A stretch of 64,000 bases of DNA from Mayamaea pseudoterrestris (lineage: Eukaryota), in NCBI GenBank assembly GCA_027923505.1, contig BROI01000018.1, positions 558,001 to 622,000 on the forward strand, written 5' to 3'. The translations under genes were made by a program, and so were the position numbers. Shown here in pieces: positions 11,101-21,779 of the stretch. Under the pieces are notes generated by a model. The model worked only from the letters and a program-made list of their open reading frames with translations, ran no database searches and was not told where the DNA came from. The stretch's first letter is position 1, and every line of letters begins with the position of its first letter.

Positions 11101-13443
11101 CTAATCTTGAAAGCCAACAAGCTTGGGGACTGTAATTGTAAACTGCTTCGGATCTGTCGGAGTGTTGATCTTGGTAATGGAGAACTTGCCAATCTCAACT
11201 TTGTTGGCGCCTGTGACGGAGTCTTCCATCATCACCGTTCCAGAGCAATGTAACAAATCATCCAGCTCGTTCTCCGACTTTTCGGCTAATCGTTCCAGCG
11301 CTGGAATACCAAACGTCCCTCGCGCTAGCGGCAAGTCGGACGAGAATGAAACCTTTTCCAGTCGACCATCCATGACAAGTATTTGCTCTTTCTTTGGAGG
11401 AATTACTAAGCGTATTCGCAATCGAGCATCGTCAACAGTTGTGCCAAAGAGTTTCCACGTTCCGCCGGATGCCTTTTGCCGCGTTTCTTGGTCCAGGATT
11501 GGTCCACCCGAAATGGTCCCATCGACGCGGAGCACAAGGTTGTCAGACCGACTCTCGTCGCCCTCCTCGGGGTCAAACCCCGTTGGCGAGCGCACCACTC
11601 TCCAAAATCCAATGGCATGCTCTCGGCTTGGAAAAGGCGGGAGCTGTCGAACCGGCTCTCTTACTACTGGCGGCTTTGGAACCAACGTACCGTCCTTGTA
11701 CTTGCTAAAAACGGTGTTGGTTTCAATTGCAGGCTTTTGCTTTGGTTTTGCAAGCTCCTCGTCGGCCATTGGCTTGGCGCGAGATGAGACAATGTTGCGA
11801 ATACGCTCACGAGTCCAATCGTCGATCGCATTCGGGTCTTCTGGCCTCATTGGGCGCCCGTCGGCGTTGTGTATTATGTCGTCCAAAGCACCGCTGTCAT
11901 CCTCGTTTATTGCTTCTGTCGCGGCAATTCGAAGAGTCGCATCAGTGGCATCTTCAACATTCTTTACTTCGATATCAGTCGTCTCGAGCGCTTCTTGCTG
12001 AAACAGCTCCTCCAAACGCAGTCGCGTCTTGGCTAAAAGTATATCATTGTCGCCATCTTTCGGAGAAGGCACATCCAAGCGTTCCCCCTTTCGTTCCGCC
12101 TCCCATTCCTTCTCCATCTGCTCCTCCTCCAAATTATACCGCTCATCTTGATACTCATCCAGTTCCTGCTCTCTTTTCGTCATTGCTGCATCCCCCATGG
12201 GCAGGTCCACGAACCGCTCCGGCAAGTAAAAGGCGTCTTCGGTCAAGTCGTCGTCAATATAACTAGACGACAAATCATCTTCACTGTCCGTAAATTCCTT
12301 GGCAAACAAAGTTTGCTTTTGCAGTCTCGGATAAATGGCAACTTGTCGCATTCTGACATTTTTGGCGAAAACGTCATCCATCCACTTGCCCCATAGAATG
12401 GGACTAATGCCATTGCCACCCAGCTCGGATGGAATAAACATGCAATCATCGTCTTCGTCATTATCAGTAATATTGAGAGCGTATTTGCGATTGTCTTTGA
12501 CAAGCTGCTCCCAGTTTTGAGGGAGTCGCATGAACGGAACGCGCAGGTCGAAGACAGTCTCGCCATTGGTGGTGTTTTCGGCATCACCATCAAACGGCGG
12601 CATACTTTGATAACCAGCCTGCTGCAGCGTTTCTTGCAAGTCTAGAATAAGATTCTGTAATCGTTTGAAACCATTGCTGCTGGACGAGAGGTTGTCGACG
12701 TCGTCGTCACCACCACAGACTTGATCATTCACGACTGGCGGCGACTGCGCGACAGTGCAGAGAACGTTATTACTGCGTCCATGAATCTCAAGCTTGGCAA
12801 ATTCCAATAGCACTGGTTCGGCTGCTGCAGTGAATTGTTGTTGCTGTTGCTGCTCGGCGTCACCATTTGAAGGAAGCTTTAAATAATGTTGATCGATGAC
12901 ATGCTGCACCAACGTTTGCAACCTTTGCGTCGTTTCCGAACTGGAGCTTGTATTACTCATTGACCGCACATACAGCAGCGGCAATCGCAGCTTGGCGGGA
13001 GCAATGCAGGCATGCACTAGAATGGGCGCGTGATACAAAATGGCCCGCTGGACCGACTCGAGCTCCAGCGTCAAATCGTGTGACGCGTCCAGTGGAATGG
13101 CAATGAGGTGTGTTGGTGTTATTGTAGATGAGGAGGACGAGGAGGACGCACTAGTATCATCATTATCAGATGTAGCATTAGAGTCAATATTGTTTTCCCG
13201 CTGTAAAAAGTCTGAGATGAATCGGTTCATCTGACTCTTTGGTTCCATCGGAGCATTGTCCGACGACGACAAAGAGAGACGAGTCGCTGAAACATCAGGG
13301 CGCCGGACGTTATCGCTCGCTCGTCTGCTCGGCAAGTGACTCCGTCTACCTCTGACTATTGATACAAGCGAAAAGCTTTGCGTTTCTAGTATTACACAAA
13401 GCCACCATAGGCCAAGCAAGAGACGTCGAATCGTCATGTTCAT
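11101..13443 (-). CDS. Plastid-targeted protein with AKAP7/2H-phosphoesterase-like N-terminal domain and beta-rich C-terminal domain
   Basis: 780-aa ORF. Signal peptide ending TQS-FSL. PTHLIAIPL...LESVQRAI...AKLRLPLLYV resembles the AKAP7_NLS fold start. Acidic coiled-coil linker. Confidence 0.6.
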   Translation of the reverse strand: MNMTIRRLLLGLWWLCVILETQSFSLVSIVRGRRSHLPSRRASDNVRRPDVSATRLSLSSSDNAPMEPKSQMNRFISDFLQRENNIDSNATSDNDDTSASSSSSSSTITPTHLIAIPLDASHDLTLELESVQRAILYHAPILVHACIAPAKLRLPLLYVRSMSNTSSSSETTQRLQTLVQHVIDQHYLKLPSNGDAEQQQQQQFTAAAEPVLLEFAKLEIHGRSNNVLCTVAQSPPVVNDQVCGGDDDVDNLSSSSNGFKRLQNLILDLQETLQQAGYQSMPPFDGDAENTTNGETVFDLRVPFMRLPQNWEQLVKDNRKYALNITDNDEDDDCMFIPSELGGNGISPILWGKWMDDVFAKNVRMRQVAIYPRLQKQTLFAKEFTDSEDDLSSSYIDDDLTEDAFYLPERFVDLPMGDAAMTKREQELDEYQDERYNLEEEQMEKEWEAERKGERLDVPSPKDGDNDILLAKTRLRLEELFQQEALETTDIEVKNVEDATDATLRIAATEAINEDDSGALDDIIHNADGRPMRPEDPNAIDDWTRERIRNIVSSRAKPMADEELAKPKQKPAIETNTVFSKYKDGTLVPKPPVVREPVRQLPPFPSREHAIGFWRVVRSPTGFDPEEGDESRSDNLVLRVDGTISGGPILDQETRQKASGGTWKLFGTTVDDARLRIRLVIPPKKEQILVMDGRLEKVSFSSDLPLARGTFGIPALERLAEKSENELDDLLHCSGTVMMEDSVTGANKVEIGKFSITKINTPTDPKQFTITVPKLVGFQD

Positions 13444-13602
13444 GCCATGTTTGGAATCGCAAAAATGAGCGGTGAAAGATCATTTTAATAACCGCTGAGA
13501 CGTTTCAACGACACGAATGCGCCGCGCCGACGCGGTTGGCTGGAACATTTCGCACCTTCCATTCTCCATTCGCTTGCTTCCTTCATCTTTCTCGTTGTAA
13601 TC

Positions 13603-15423
13603 ATGGCATCAGAACCAGCAGCAGGAGCAACTAGCAGTGATGCATCAAAGGCTTCCATAAAACATCATGAGTCTGCTATTCCCGATATTCTGACTAATTT
13701 CTACGCGCAAATGCGTCGAATTGACGAGCTTGAACACCGACTCGAACATCGCACGGTCAAGACGCGCCGTCGCTGCGCCAACCTTTTGAACCTTCCTCAC
13801 CAGTCGCATCGAAAGTCACATTTACGTCTCTTTGTGACGCATTCCTTGAGTAGCGGCAGTGATAGTAGTTGCACTGCAGCTGCTGCTGCAGCTGCGCCGC
13901 CGACTGCTCCCGAGTACCAGCTGCTCATTGAAGGCCGCCTGCTGGTTGACCACTTGGATTATGTTTCGGCCGCAGAATTTGACAAACGCATCAAGTATAC
14001 TTCATCAAAGAGCAGTAACGAGAGATCTAACGACAAGAACGATTTAGAAGGAGGAATCAGCAATGAAGAATCTCGCCAAGCTGTCAACTTTACGCACTTG
14101 TTTGACAATGTCACGATTGAGTTTCAAACCTTTTACCAACCAAAGCCTCATCCCATGGCCCGCATCAAGTCTCCACCAACCAAGTCTGGGCGTCGAGGAG
14201 GAACTAGTAAGAATCTCAGCATTGAGGAGCAGTACGTGGATCCTTCTACACTTGTCGCAAGTCATCTTACCACCAAACTTGGATGGACACGCAACATGAC
14301 TCCCGATGCACGCGCCTGGGTATTCAAGTATCAAGCGCCACCACCACCTGGTCATCACTTGCAGCACTATCAAGTTGTATGTCGCATTCATCTACTGCCG
14401 CATCGACCGGAGGAATTGTATCGGGCGTCGTCGAAATTGGCAAGCTTCATGTTTCCATCACATGGACCGTCGTTGTTGAAGCGCAAGGCGGATGACATGA
14501 CGCAAGCCAACATGACAGTGCAGCAGCAGAATCAACAAACACCCCTTTTGATTCCTTCTCCACCACCACCCATGGACAATGAGATTGACATTCCGCATGG
14601 ATTGACCATGACCGAAGTTACCAAGGCATTCTTTGTCTACATTCAGGACCGCAACCTAGTGACGGATCCAAGCGACAAGTCCATTATTCATTGCGACGCC
14701 ACGCTGGGTGCGCTTTTTCAAACGGACCGACTGGTATTTTCGCAGCTCCAGACTCTGCTGCTGCATCATCAGTTGCTAGAGCCAATTACGCGAGCACCAG
14801 TGGAATTGATCTATGTCATGCGGCCTACCAATGCGGAAGCTTCTGTGGCTGAGCTTCAACAACAGGAGCAACAATTGCCATCACCGCTGCATCATTTGCC
14901 TGCGCTATTGCAAGTTGATATGGATGTTGCTGTACCTTCTCTGTTTGGACACTGCATTCGACAGTTGCTTCGTCGCACGCAGCATCGACAAGCCGAATAC
15001 GGTACGGCTCGCAACAATGCCCGAACCATTCTGCTGGCTGGAACAGCGGCATCTGTTGGCGCAGCGACAAATCCAGTCAATGCACCGCGCAAGTCAAATC
15101 AACCGCCTGTTAATGCGGTCATTGTCAAGCAATACGAGGATGCCATTCAGCGACTCATGGATCAAGCATTGATTGGTAATGGCGGAAAGGACAATATTGC
15201 TGCTGCAGCAGCAAACAGTTTGCATGGGCTTGGCCGCAATTTTATTCCATTGTACGCCGCTTTACAAAAGGGAGCGCCAGCAGACTCGGAGGCGAGTCAG
15301 GATGCTCGGATGGATCAAGCATTGTGCCTTTTGGTGGAGGAGCTCAAGGAGGAGTGTCAGTCGGCCGGTGCGGCTTGGAAGATGGTGCGAGCGGCGACGC
15401 ATATTGCTGCAGATATGGAGTAA
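13603..15423 (+). CDS. SWI/SNF BAF60/SMARCD-like subunit (SWIB/MDM2 domain)
   Basis: HLRLFVTH and YQLLIEGRLL match BAF60 motifs. SWIB domain MTEVTKAFFVYIQDRNLVTDPSDKSIIHCDATLGALF. Confidence 0.75.
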   Translation: MASEPAAGATSSDASKASIKHHESAIPDILTNFYAQMRRIDELEHRLEHRTVKTRRRCANLLNLPHQSHRKSHLRLFVTHSLSSGSDSSCTAAAAAAAPPTAPEYQLLIEGRLLVDHLDYVSAAEFDKRIKYTSSKSSNERSNDKNDLEGGISNEESRQAVNFTHLFDNVTIEFQTFYQPKPHPMARIKSPPTKSGRRGGTSKNLSIEEQYVDPSTLVASHLTTKLGWTRNMTPDARAWVFKYQAPPPPGHHLQHYQVVCRIHLLPHRPEELYRASSKLASFMFPSHGPSLLKRKADDMTQANMTVQQQNQQTPLLIPSPPPPMDNEIDIPHGLTMTEVTKAFFVYIQDRNLVTDPSDKSIIHCDATLGALFQTDRLVFSQLQTLLLHHQLLEPITRAPVELIYVMRPTNAEASVAELQQQEQQLPSPLHHLPALLQVDMDVAVPSLFGHCIRQLLRRTQHRQAEYGTARNNARTILLAGTAASVGAATNPVNAPRKSNQPPVNAVIVKQYEDAIQRLMDQALIGNGGKDNIAAAAANSLHGLGRNFIPLYAALQKGAPADSEASQDARMDQALCLLVEELKEECQSAGAAWKMVRAATHIAADME

Positions 15424-15753
15424 TGCACATGGAAGGTGGAGCATGCAAATTAGAAAAGGGGAGTATGCGGGGACCGAGCGGCTGTGCTCAGTTTAGCAAA
15501 ATGCTTTAATCATGCTTTTACTGTAACATACGCTCATTTAAAGTGGCAACGCAAAGTGTCGCTATAATATGTAGTTCACTCGACAATGAGATCCATACCA
15601 TGAACTACTGAGCAGCATGTGTGCTAGCTACGTGCGCAGGATAGTCTACTCACTTTGCAATGTATTTAGCAGCACGCGACTGTTCAGTAAACAAATATTG
15701 TTAGTTATTGATACCCTCTTCTCTCAAATGAAACAACACAAACATGTATTTCG

Positions 15754-18700
15754 TCACTCGACGCAGTCACAGCCCAAACTTGCAAATTTTTTCGCGTGAT
15801 ATTGCTCGCAGCGTACCAACACCCAATCAGCGGGGTTCTCGGCAATGATGGGGCGGCAAAGCTTGCAGGGTATACCCTTCTTAGTTCGAGGCCAACTGTC
15901 AACAATGTGTTGCGGTACAAGAACATTCAATGCGATGGAAATAGGATGCGCAGACGGGCGGTGATTTGGACAAATCGTTGTTGTTGAATTGCGTGGGTCG
16001 ATGTAGCACTTTTCGCAAGGGAGATCCATTCTGTCGCCCTGTGTGTTAAGAACACGGCCGTACTCGTCAAATCGAAGGCCCCGAATCGGTGGGGGTTGCA
16101 TCGCAGGCTCGCGAACAACAGGAGGCGCGACATTGTCGACTTGAGCATGATCCAAATTCTCGGCGCGCCCCGCGTGGGCAGGAACTTCCATCTGGACGCC
16201 AGCGTCATCCTCCTCGTTGAAATGAAGGCCCGGAATCGGTGGAGGTTGCATCGCAGGTTCGCAAACTATGGGAGGCCCGACAGGCCCCAATGCTTGAAAG
16301 AAGCAGCCGATATTGAATCCACTATCAAAAAGCTGGTTAACAAGCTCGCTTTGAACTTGGTTGAAATTTGGAGTCGAAGTGGGCGCGGCTCCGTTATAGA
16401 CGTAGCCGACCTCAAATCCAGTAGCAGCAAGCTGCGCAAGAAGGAGGTGGTGATCCGAGGCAACATTATAGAAACGACCGATATCGAATCCACTCTCCCC
16501 AAGCTGTACAACAAGCTCGCTTTGATATTTGTTGAAATTTGGAGTCGAAGTGGGCGCGGCTCCGTTATAGACGTAGCCGACCTCAAATCCAGTAGCAGCA
16601 AGCTGCGCAAGAAGGAGGTGGTGATCCGAAGCAACGTGGTGATCCGAAGCAACGTTATAGAATCGACCGATATCAAATCCACTCTCCCCAAGCTGTACAA
16701 CAAGCTCGCTTTGAACTTGGTTGAAATTTGGAGTCAAAGTGGGCGCGGCGCCGTTATAGACGTAGCCGACCTCAAATCCAGTATCAGCAAGCTGCGCAAG
16801 GAGGCGTTGGTGATATAAATTAAAGATAGGTTGGGTGGCGTCGATACCTCGCGCAAGCTTCTTGACAGTATTACAATGTGCGGCCAGCAGCTTGCGGTGA
16901 TCTTCGCAGCAGCCTTTGATCGTCCAATCATCATCATTCCGGGCTGGCAGGGCATAGCACTTGGCACACAGATCCTTTTTTCCTAACCTCTTTGCTATTG
17001 GCCAAATCTGTTTGATGCGTTCGGGCACCTGCAAATTACGAACAGGGGCGGAGGCAGTAGCGCTCTTGTGGGGTCGGCACGGTACAAACTTCCAAGTCTT
17101 TGAAGAAATTTTGCAATTGCGGCAAGGCCTTTCGCAATGATTCTCCTTGTCTATTACACGTGGATACCCAAGTTCATACAACATCAGATTCTGCTCCTGC
17201 ACTCCCTGAGTGTGCGGTTGGGCTTGCTGCGTGGCTGGCGCGCTTAAGTTACGGGCAACATGCCGATTGCCTGATCTAGCTGCTGGCCGGGCCGCTTGAA
17301 AAGTCTGCCCAGAGCGATGAGCAGTCGTGTCCGTCGCTCCAGTTGCATTGGGAGCAGGCGCGGGTCCATTCAAGCCATCAACCGTTACTCCAGGCGCGCC
17401 ATTGGTTGATGTACTTGAGACGTTTTGCTGTTTCTCCTCGCCTGTTTCCTTTCCAGGCAAACCATCGTCACTGACAGAATTGTTGTTCTCCGAGCAGTCG
17501 TCCCGGTTGTTGGTGGAATCACCAATGTGGCCGCTCGAATCATTCCAGTTGTTGGTGGAATCACCATCTTGGTCCTCCGAAGTGCTGTCATCGTTGTCAC
17601 TATCATTACTGAAAATGGCGGCAGGTTCGTGAACCAACAACTGACCATCCGGCACGAACAACTGAGCTTTTTTCCCAGCGAGAAAGGCAACATCAGTTTT
17701 AATTCCAAAGTCTGCGAGCTGCTTTACAGCATCGTTCAATAGTCGAAGCTGGTGGTCCAAGTTCTTGTCGCATGCACTAGGTGCCTTGATGACTCCCCCA
17801 ATCTTCAGTCGGCAGCCCAGTATGTCATAAAGTGGGACTATGTCAAGACCTGCGTCGTAGAATGCATTGCCTAACTGTATATACAACTTTTGCGACGCCG
17901 TGTCAGAGAAGACGCTGTCGGTGCGTGAAGTAATGTCCACACTCTTCGTGCAGCTAGGTGCTTCGGTGTGGTCTGTCAAATCAGAACTGTCATAAGCGTA
18001 GCTGTCGTTGCGAGACACCGTATTCTCATCCATGTTGGCTGTAGCTCCAGCCGTAAAGGCAGTTCCAGCTGTAGCAGCAGTAGCTTCGTCATTATCTCGA
18101 GCTGCAGCAGTATGCTCCTCCTCGACGTACTCAGCTTTCTCCACCTCCTCCTCCTCCTCCTCCTCCTCCTCGCTGGAGTGTTTCCACTTGTAGTCGCTGC
18201 AAGCATTGTCATACTCTTCGACGGCTGTAGTGCGACGAGACTGGCGATCGCGGCACGACTGTTTCCGTCGGTCATCATGTACCAAGGCATTCAAGTCGTC
18301 TTCATTAATGTTGAAATCCAAGGCATTCAAGTCGTCTTCATCAAAGTTGAAATCCAAGGCATTCAAGTCGTCTTCATCAATGTTGAAAAACAAGGCATTC
18401 AAGTCGTCTTCATCAATGTTGAAATCCAAGGCATTCAAGTCGTCTTCATCAATGTTGAAATCCTCCTCGTCGTAGCTGTCGGAGTTGTCGCCGCCTTTTA
18501 CTGGTACATGGACCGTAGGTACGGGGAATCTGTTTTTGGACATGTTGGTGGTAGCTCGAGCCGCCAAAGTAGTTCCAGCTGCAGCATGCGGAGCCAAAGG
18601 ACGTCGAGGGGCATCGCCAGCGGCTCCGGTCTTGCGCTCCGGCAATGCTAGTTTGTGGCGCTGATAATACGAACTGTTGTGGTGCTTGGGTTTGAAGGAG

Positions 18701-19203
18701 TGTTTGTCTTTGTCGTTCGTCTTGCCATTGGTAATGTTTTCGGAAGCTTCCAACCGAGTCTTCTTGGAGACAAAGTATTTGCCGTCTTCGTCCAGACGCT
18801 CATTGGAGTGTTTTTTGGTGGAATCCGCTCGAGCTGCAGCAGCAACATTGTCTGCAGCTGCTTTCTCGGCGCGAGGACGACGCACTTTTTCGATCCCACG
18901 TTCCTCCGCCGCGTGGGGCGGAATTTCCGTCTGGCCGCCAGCGTCACCATCCTCCTCCTCCTCTTCTTCGTCTTTTTCCTCCACGGTGGCAGGAAGGAAA
19001 GTAGTAGGAGCATTGCTGTTAGCGCGAGCTCCAGCGGGCACCGTTGTGCTGGCACGAGCTTCTGCAGGCGCTGTCGCGTCGGCACGAGCTGCAGCTGGCA
19101 CTAGAGAACTGTCGGGAGGCATAGGAGACTCGTCAGGGATGGCATCCATAGTAGTAGTAATATTAATCAAGTCTTTGTTACGGTGTCGACTCGTCATCGT
19201 CAT
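15754..19203 (-). CDS. Large orphan low-complexity protein with internal tandem repeats and four CxxC...CxxH motifs (ORF open to 19347; ATG 19203 or 19149 likely)
   Basis: Uninterrupted ORF of more than 1100 codons. All internal repeats have lengths that are multiples of 3 (36, 171, 150 nt), consistent with coding constraint. Confidence 0.7.
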   Translation of the reverse strand: MTMTSRHRNKDLINITTTMDAIPDESPMPPDSSLVPAAARADATAPAEARASTTVPAGARANSNAPTTFLPATVEEKDEEEEEEDGDAGGQTEIPPHAAEERGIEKVRRPRAEKAAADNVAAAARADSTKKHSNERLDEDGKYFVSKKTRLEASENITNGKTNDKDKHSFKPKHHNSSYYQRHKLALPERKTGAAGDAPRRPLAPHAAAGTTLAARATTNMSKNRFPVPTVHVPVKGGDNSDSYDEEDFNIDEDDLNALDFNIDEDDLNALFFNIDEDDLNALDFNFDEDDLNALDFNINEDDLNALVHDDRRKQSCRDRQSRRTTAVEEYDNACSDYKWKHSSEEEEEEEEEVEKAEYVEEEHTAAARDNDEATAATAGTAFTAGATANMDENTVSRNDSYAYDSSDLTDHTEAPSCTKSVDITSRTDSVFSDTASQKLYIQLGNAFYDAGLDIVPLYDILGCRLKIGGVIKAPSACDKNLDHQLRLLNDAVKQLADFGIKTDVAFLAGKKAQLFVPDGQLLVHEPAAIFSNDSDNDDSTSEDQDGDSTNNWNDSSGHIGDSTNNRDDCSENNNSVSDDGLPGKETGEEKQQNVSSTSTNGAPGVTVDGLNGPAPAPNATGATDTTAHRSGQTFQAARPAARSGNRHVARNLSAPATQQAQPHTQGVQEQNLMLYELGYPRVIDKENHCERPCRNCKISSKTWKFVPCRPHKSATASAPVRNLQVPERIKQIWPIAKRLGKKDLCAKCYALPARNDDDWTIKGCCEDHRKLLAAHCNTVKKLARGIDATQPIFNLYHQRLLAQLADTGFEVGYVYNGAAPTLTPNFNQVQSELVVQLGESGFDIGRFYNVASDHHVASDHHLLLAQLAATGFEVGYVYNGAAPTSTPNFNKYQSELVVQLGESGFDIGRFYNVASDHHLLLAQLAATGFEVGYVYNGAAPTSTPNFNQVQSELVNQLFDSGFNIGCFFQALGPVGPPIVCEPAMQPPPIPGLHFNEEDDAGVQMEVPAHAGRAENLDHAQVDNVAPPVVREPAMQPPPIRGLRFDEYGRVLNTQGDRMDLPCEKCYIDPRNSTTTICPNHRPSAHPISIALNVLVPQHIVDSWPRTKKGIPCKLCRPIIAENPADWVLVRCEQYHAKKFASLGCDCVE
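16300..16815 (-). repeat. Coding tandem repeat, 171-nt (57-aa) unit x3, one unit with an extra 18-nt duplication
   Basis: ACAAGCTCGCTTTGA at ~16340, 16511 and 16700. Peptide LLAQLAATGFEVGYVYNGAAPTSTPNFNQVQSELVVQLGESGFDIGRFYNVASDHH. Confidence 0.9.
18283..18465 (-). repeat. Coding minisatellite, 36-nt unit x5 (FNIDEDDLNALD)
   Basis: CAAGGCATTCAAGTCGTCTTCAT recurs at 18283, 18319, 18355, 18391 and 18427. Confidence 0.95.
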
Positions 19204-19677
19204 GGTAGAAAAATGGCGAGGACGCGAGGACTCGAGGCAAAGTATCGTGGAAGTCACGGTCGGACGGACTCGCCGATAAACTGGGCGTTGCAGATATACG
19301 CATATACTTATGAATAAAGGATACCTTTTAGAGTCGCCCGGCGTCAACGTGACTCGAAAGATTAATTCGTGACTGGTGACACATTTCGTGACTCAATGGC
19401 ACGGTCACAGTGCGACATTTAAGTCGACCTATTTTCGTCCGCGACGATGACAATTCAACACGTCGCTTAGCCGTTGCCTTTACCATAAGTGACCATCCAC
19501 GACAAGGATGTATAGAAAATGGATGAAAGAGGCTTCAAGTCGAAGCACGATTGAGTTTGACAGTCGCGCTTGATCCGCCTACTGACCGCCCTACTGGAAC
19601 CAGCGACACATTGTTTCTTTCGTGCCATCTGCCGACCAAAAACTGGCTTGGTTTCTTTGTGTATCGATACTCCGTAC

Positions 19678-21380
19678 ATGTTTTCTTCACAAAGCACTGC
19701 GAGTCAACAAAAACGGCAACGACTGCCGCTGGAGAATGCAGTCGTTTGCCTCAGTGGAATTTCGTCTCATGCCAAGGATGATTACCATGCGCTCATTAAA
19801 CGCCTTGGTGGGAGGTGCGTTCATTACATCTACCGTAGTACGATGTGCGATATCTGCGTGTCGATAATCTCCCCTCCATTCACTCATATTCTTTTTGTAT
19901 GCATCATATTGGTAACTGACTGTCGCACAGATTCACCCGAGACTTGACGGGCGAAAATACTCATTTGGTCGCGTTCCAGGCGACTGGAGCCAAGTATGAG
20001 GCAGCCACCATGCAAAAAGGCATCCAAATTGTCCATCCCTCGTGGCTTGACGAGTGTGACGCGACCAATGCACGAGTCAACGAGACGGCTCACTTGCTGG
20101 ATTTTCCACACGCGAATTCAATTCATTTCTCGGCCAACTTTACAACAACTCGACCAAGTGCGTCTAATACTACCAATTTCATGTATGCACAAATTGAAAA
20201 GCAGCTAGAGAAGAACGCGCAGCGCCATAACTTATCTCTCTTTTCCAAATGCCGCTTTTACTTGCTTGGGTTCGACAATGGCAGCAAGCACCATCAGCTG
20301 CTTGGACGATTGATTCGGCGAGGCATGGGATTGATACATTGGGAGCTCGATGCACAAGTCACGCATATTTTAGTGCAGCTGGATGCCGATGTACGTGTAC
20401 GGGACATTGCCCGTTGGATGGCCCGTAGCGGGGCGAACAGTAAGCAAGACATCTTTCTCAATGTCGTGTCGGCGGACTGGGTGGTGGACTCGTGGGCCGC
20501 CAGTCATCTACTGGATGGAAACGAGTATCCGCCTCGCTACCAATCGATTATTGACAGTGGAATACACAGCCTGGACGGCGAGGATTTAGGACAACAATCT
20601 CTCCTACCCAACAGCACAACATCTCATGTATTCAAGGGATGCGTCTTTTGTATCATTCGAACCAGTGGTGCATATTCCAGCGACACTGTGAATTTTGATG
20701 CAGCTGCACTTGAACAAACAGTTCACTCGCATGGCGGCCGCCTCTTGTCACAGCAGCTACTAGAAGCAATTAAGACAGACGCTTATCGAGACACGCTACA
20801 TGACGAGCACCAGCGTCAACGCAAGCTATATATCGTTATTTGGGGAGCATACACCTCCGACTGCATCGCTCTGGATCCACTGCTGTCGCAAGCCATGGGC
20901 GTCTGTCAACATTTTCTTGTGACACCCTTTTGGCTGCAACTCTGCGTGGCGGAATCCAAGCTTGTGTCGCCGCGACGACTGGATCCCAAGATTTCTGAAG
21001 CGATTATTAGCCCAAGCAACTGTTATCCCTGGCACAAGCTTGGCGATGTTCATATTTCAATCAGCGGCTTTTCCGGTCTGGACCGAACGACACTGATGCA
21101 TTTCATTCAAGCTGTTGCCGCGTACGACGATGCCATGGTTCGGCATTGCACTACACACTTGATTGTCAAGCAAGCGACAGGTGACAAGTATGACAAGGCA
21201 GTTGAATGGGGATTGCATGTTGTGTCACTGGAGTGGCTGTGGCATGTTACCAAGTTTGGCTTGAGTGGAGAGGTAGCTACTACAAATCAATCATATGGCA
21301 GCGACCATGATACTTTGGCGAAGAAGGGGTTCATTCTCGGATGCGAGAAACAGTTTCCTGCACCGGAATCCTTTCACTAG
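19678..21380 (+). CDS. Multi-BRCT protein, TopBP1/Dpb11-like; exons 19678-19814 and 19931-21380 (~528 aa)
   Basis: Intron GTGCGT..CACAG (19815-19930) gives VCLSGI..LIKRLGGR^FTRDLTGENTHLV..VHPSWL. Further BRCT signatures: FYLLGF..THILV..VSADWV and ISISGF..TTHLIV..GDKYDKAVEWGLHVVSLEWL. Confidence 0.8.
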
Positions 21381-21779
21381 TTAAAAAATAACGAACTTCA
21401 CTGCCTATATGCTGCTGTGTAATGTTGGGTTATCTTGTCTTGCATGCATAGTGGAGACGGGCGATCGACTTACACCTTGGCTGTCCATAGCTGACGTCGT
21501 AGCGGTTAACACGCATGCTTCAATCGACCACTCGTTGTGTGGTTCCAAACGATAGTCATCCAAAATCCATGATGTACTGTATCATACAACAATCCATATG
21601 ATCGAAGCATCACCTTTATCACGAAACAGGAGCTTGCATGCCAAAAAGATCAGAACGAGTGATATTCCCAGTACAGAGTGATGGGAGACTAGCGACGCTT
21701 GCTTGATGTTCCTCTTGAAATCGAAATCATCATTGGCAGATTCTTTCGGCACGAACAATTCATTACTCGATCCAGCAAC

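Noticed and set aside
11123..12001. 292-aa plus-strand ORF
   Set aside because: Antisense shadow of the 780-aa gene, S/R-rich, no motifs.
16096..16818. 240-aa plus-strand repetitive ORF
   Set aside because: Antisense shadow of the in-frame repeats of the large orphan gene.
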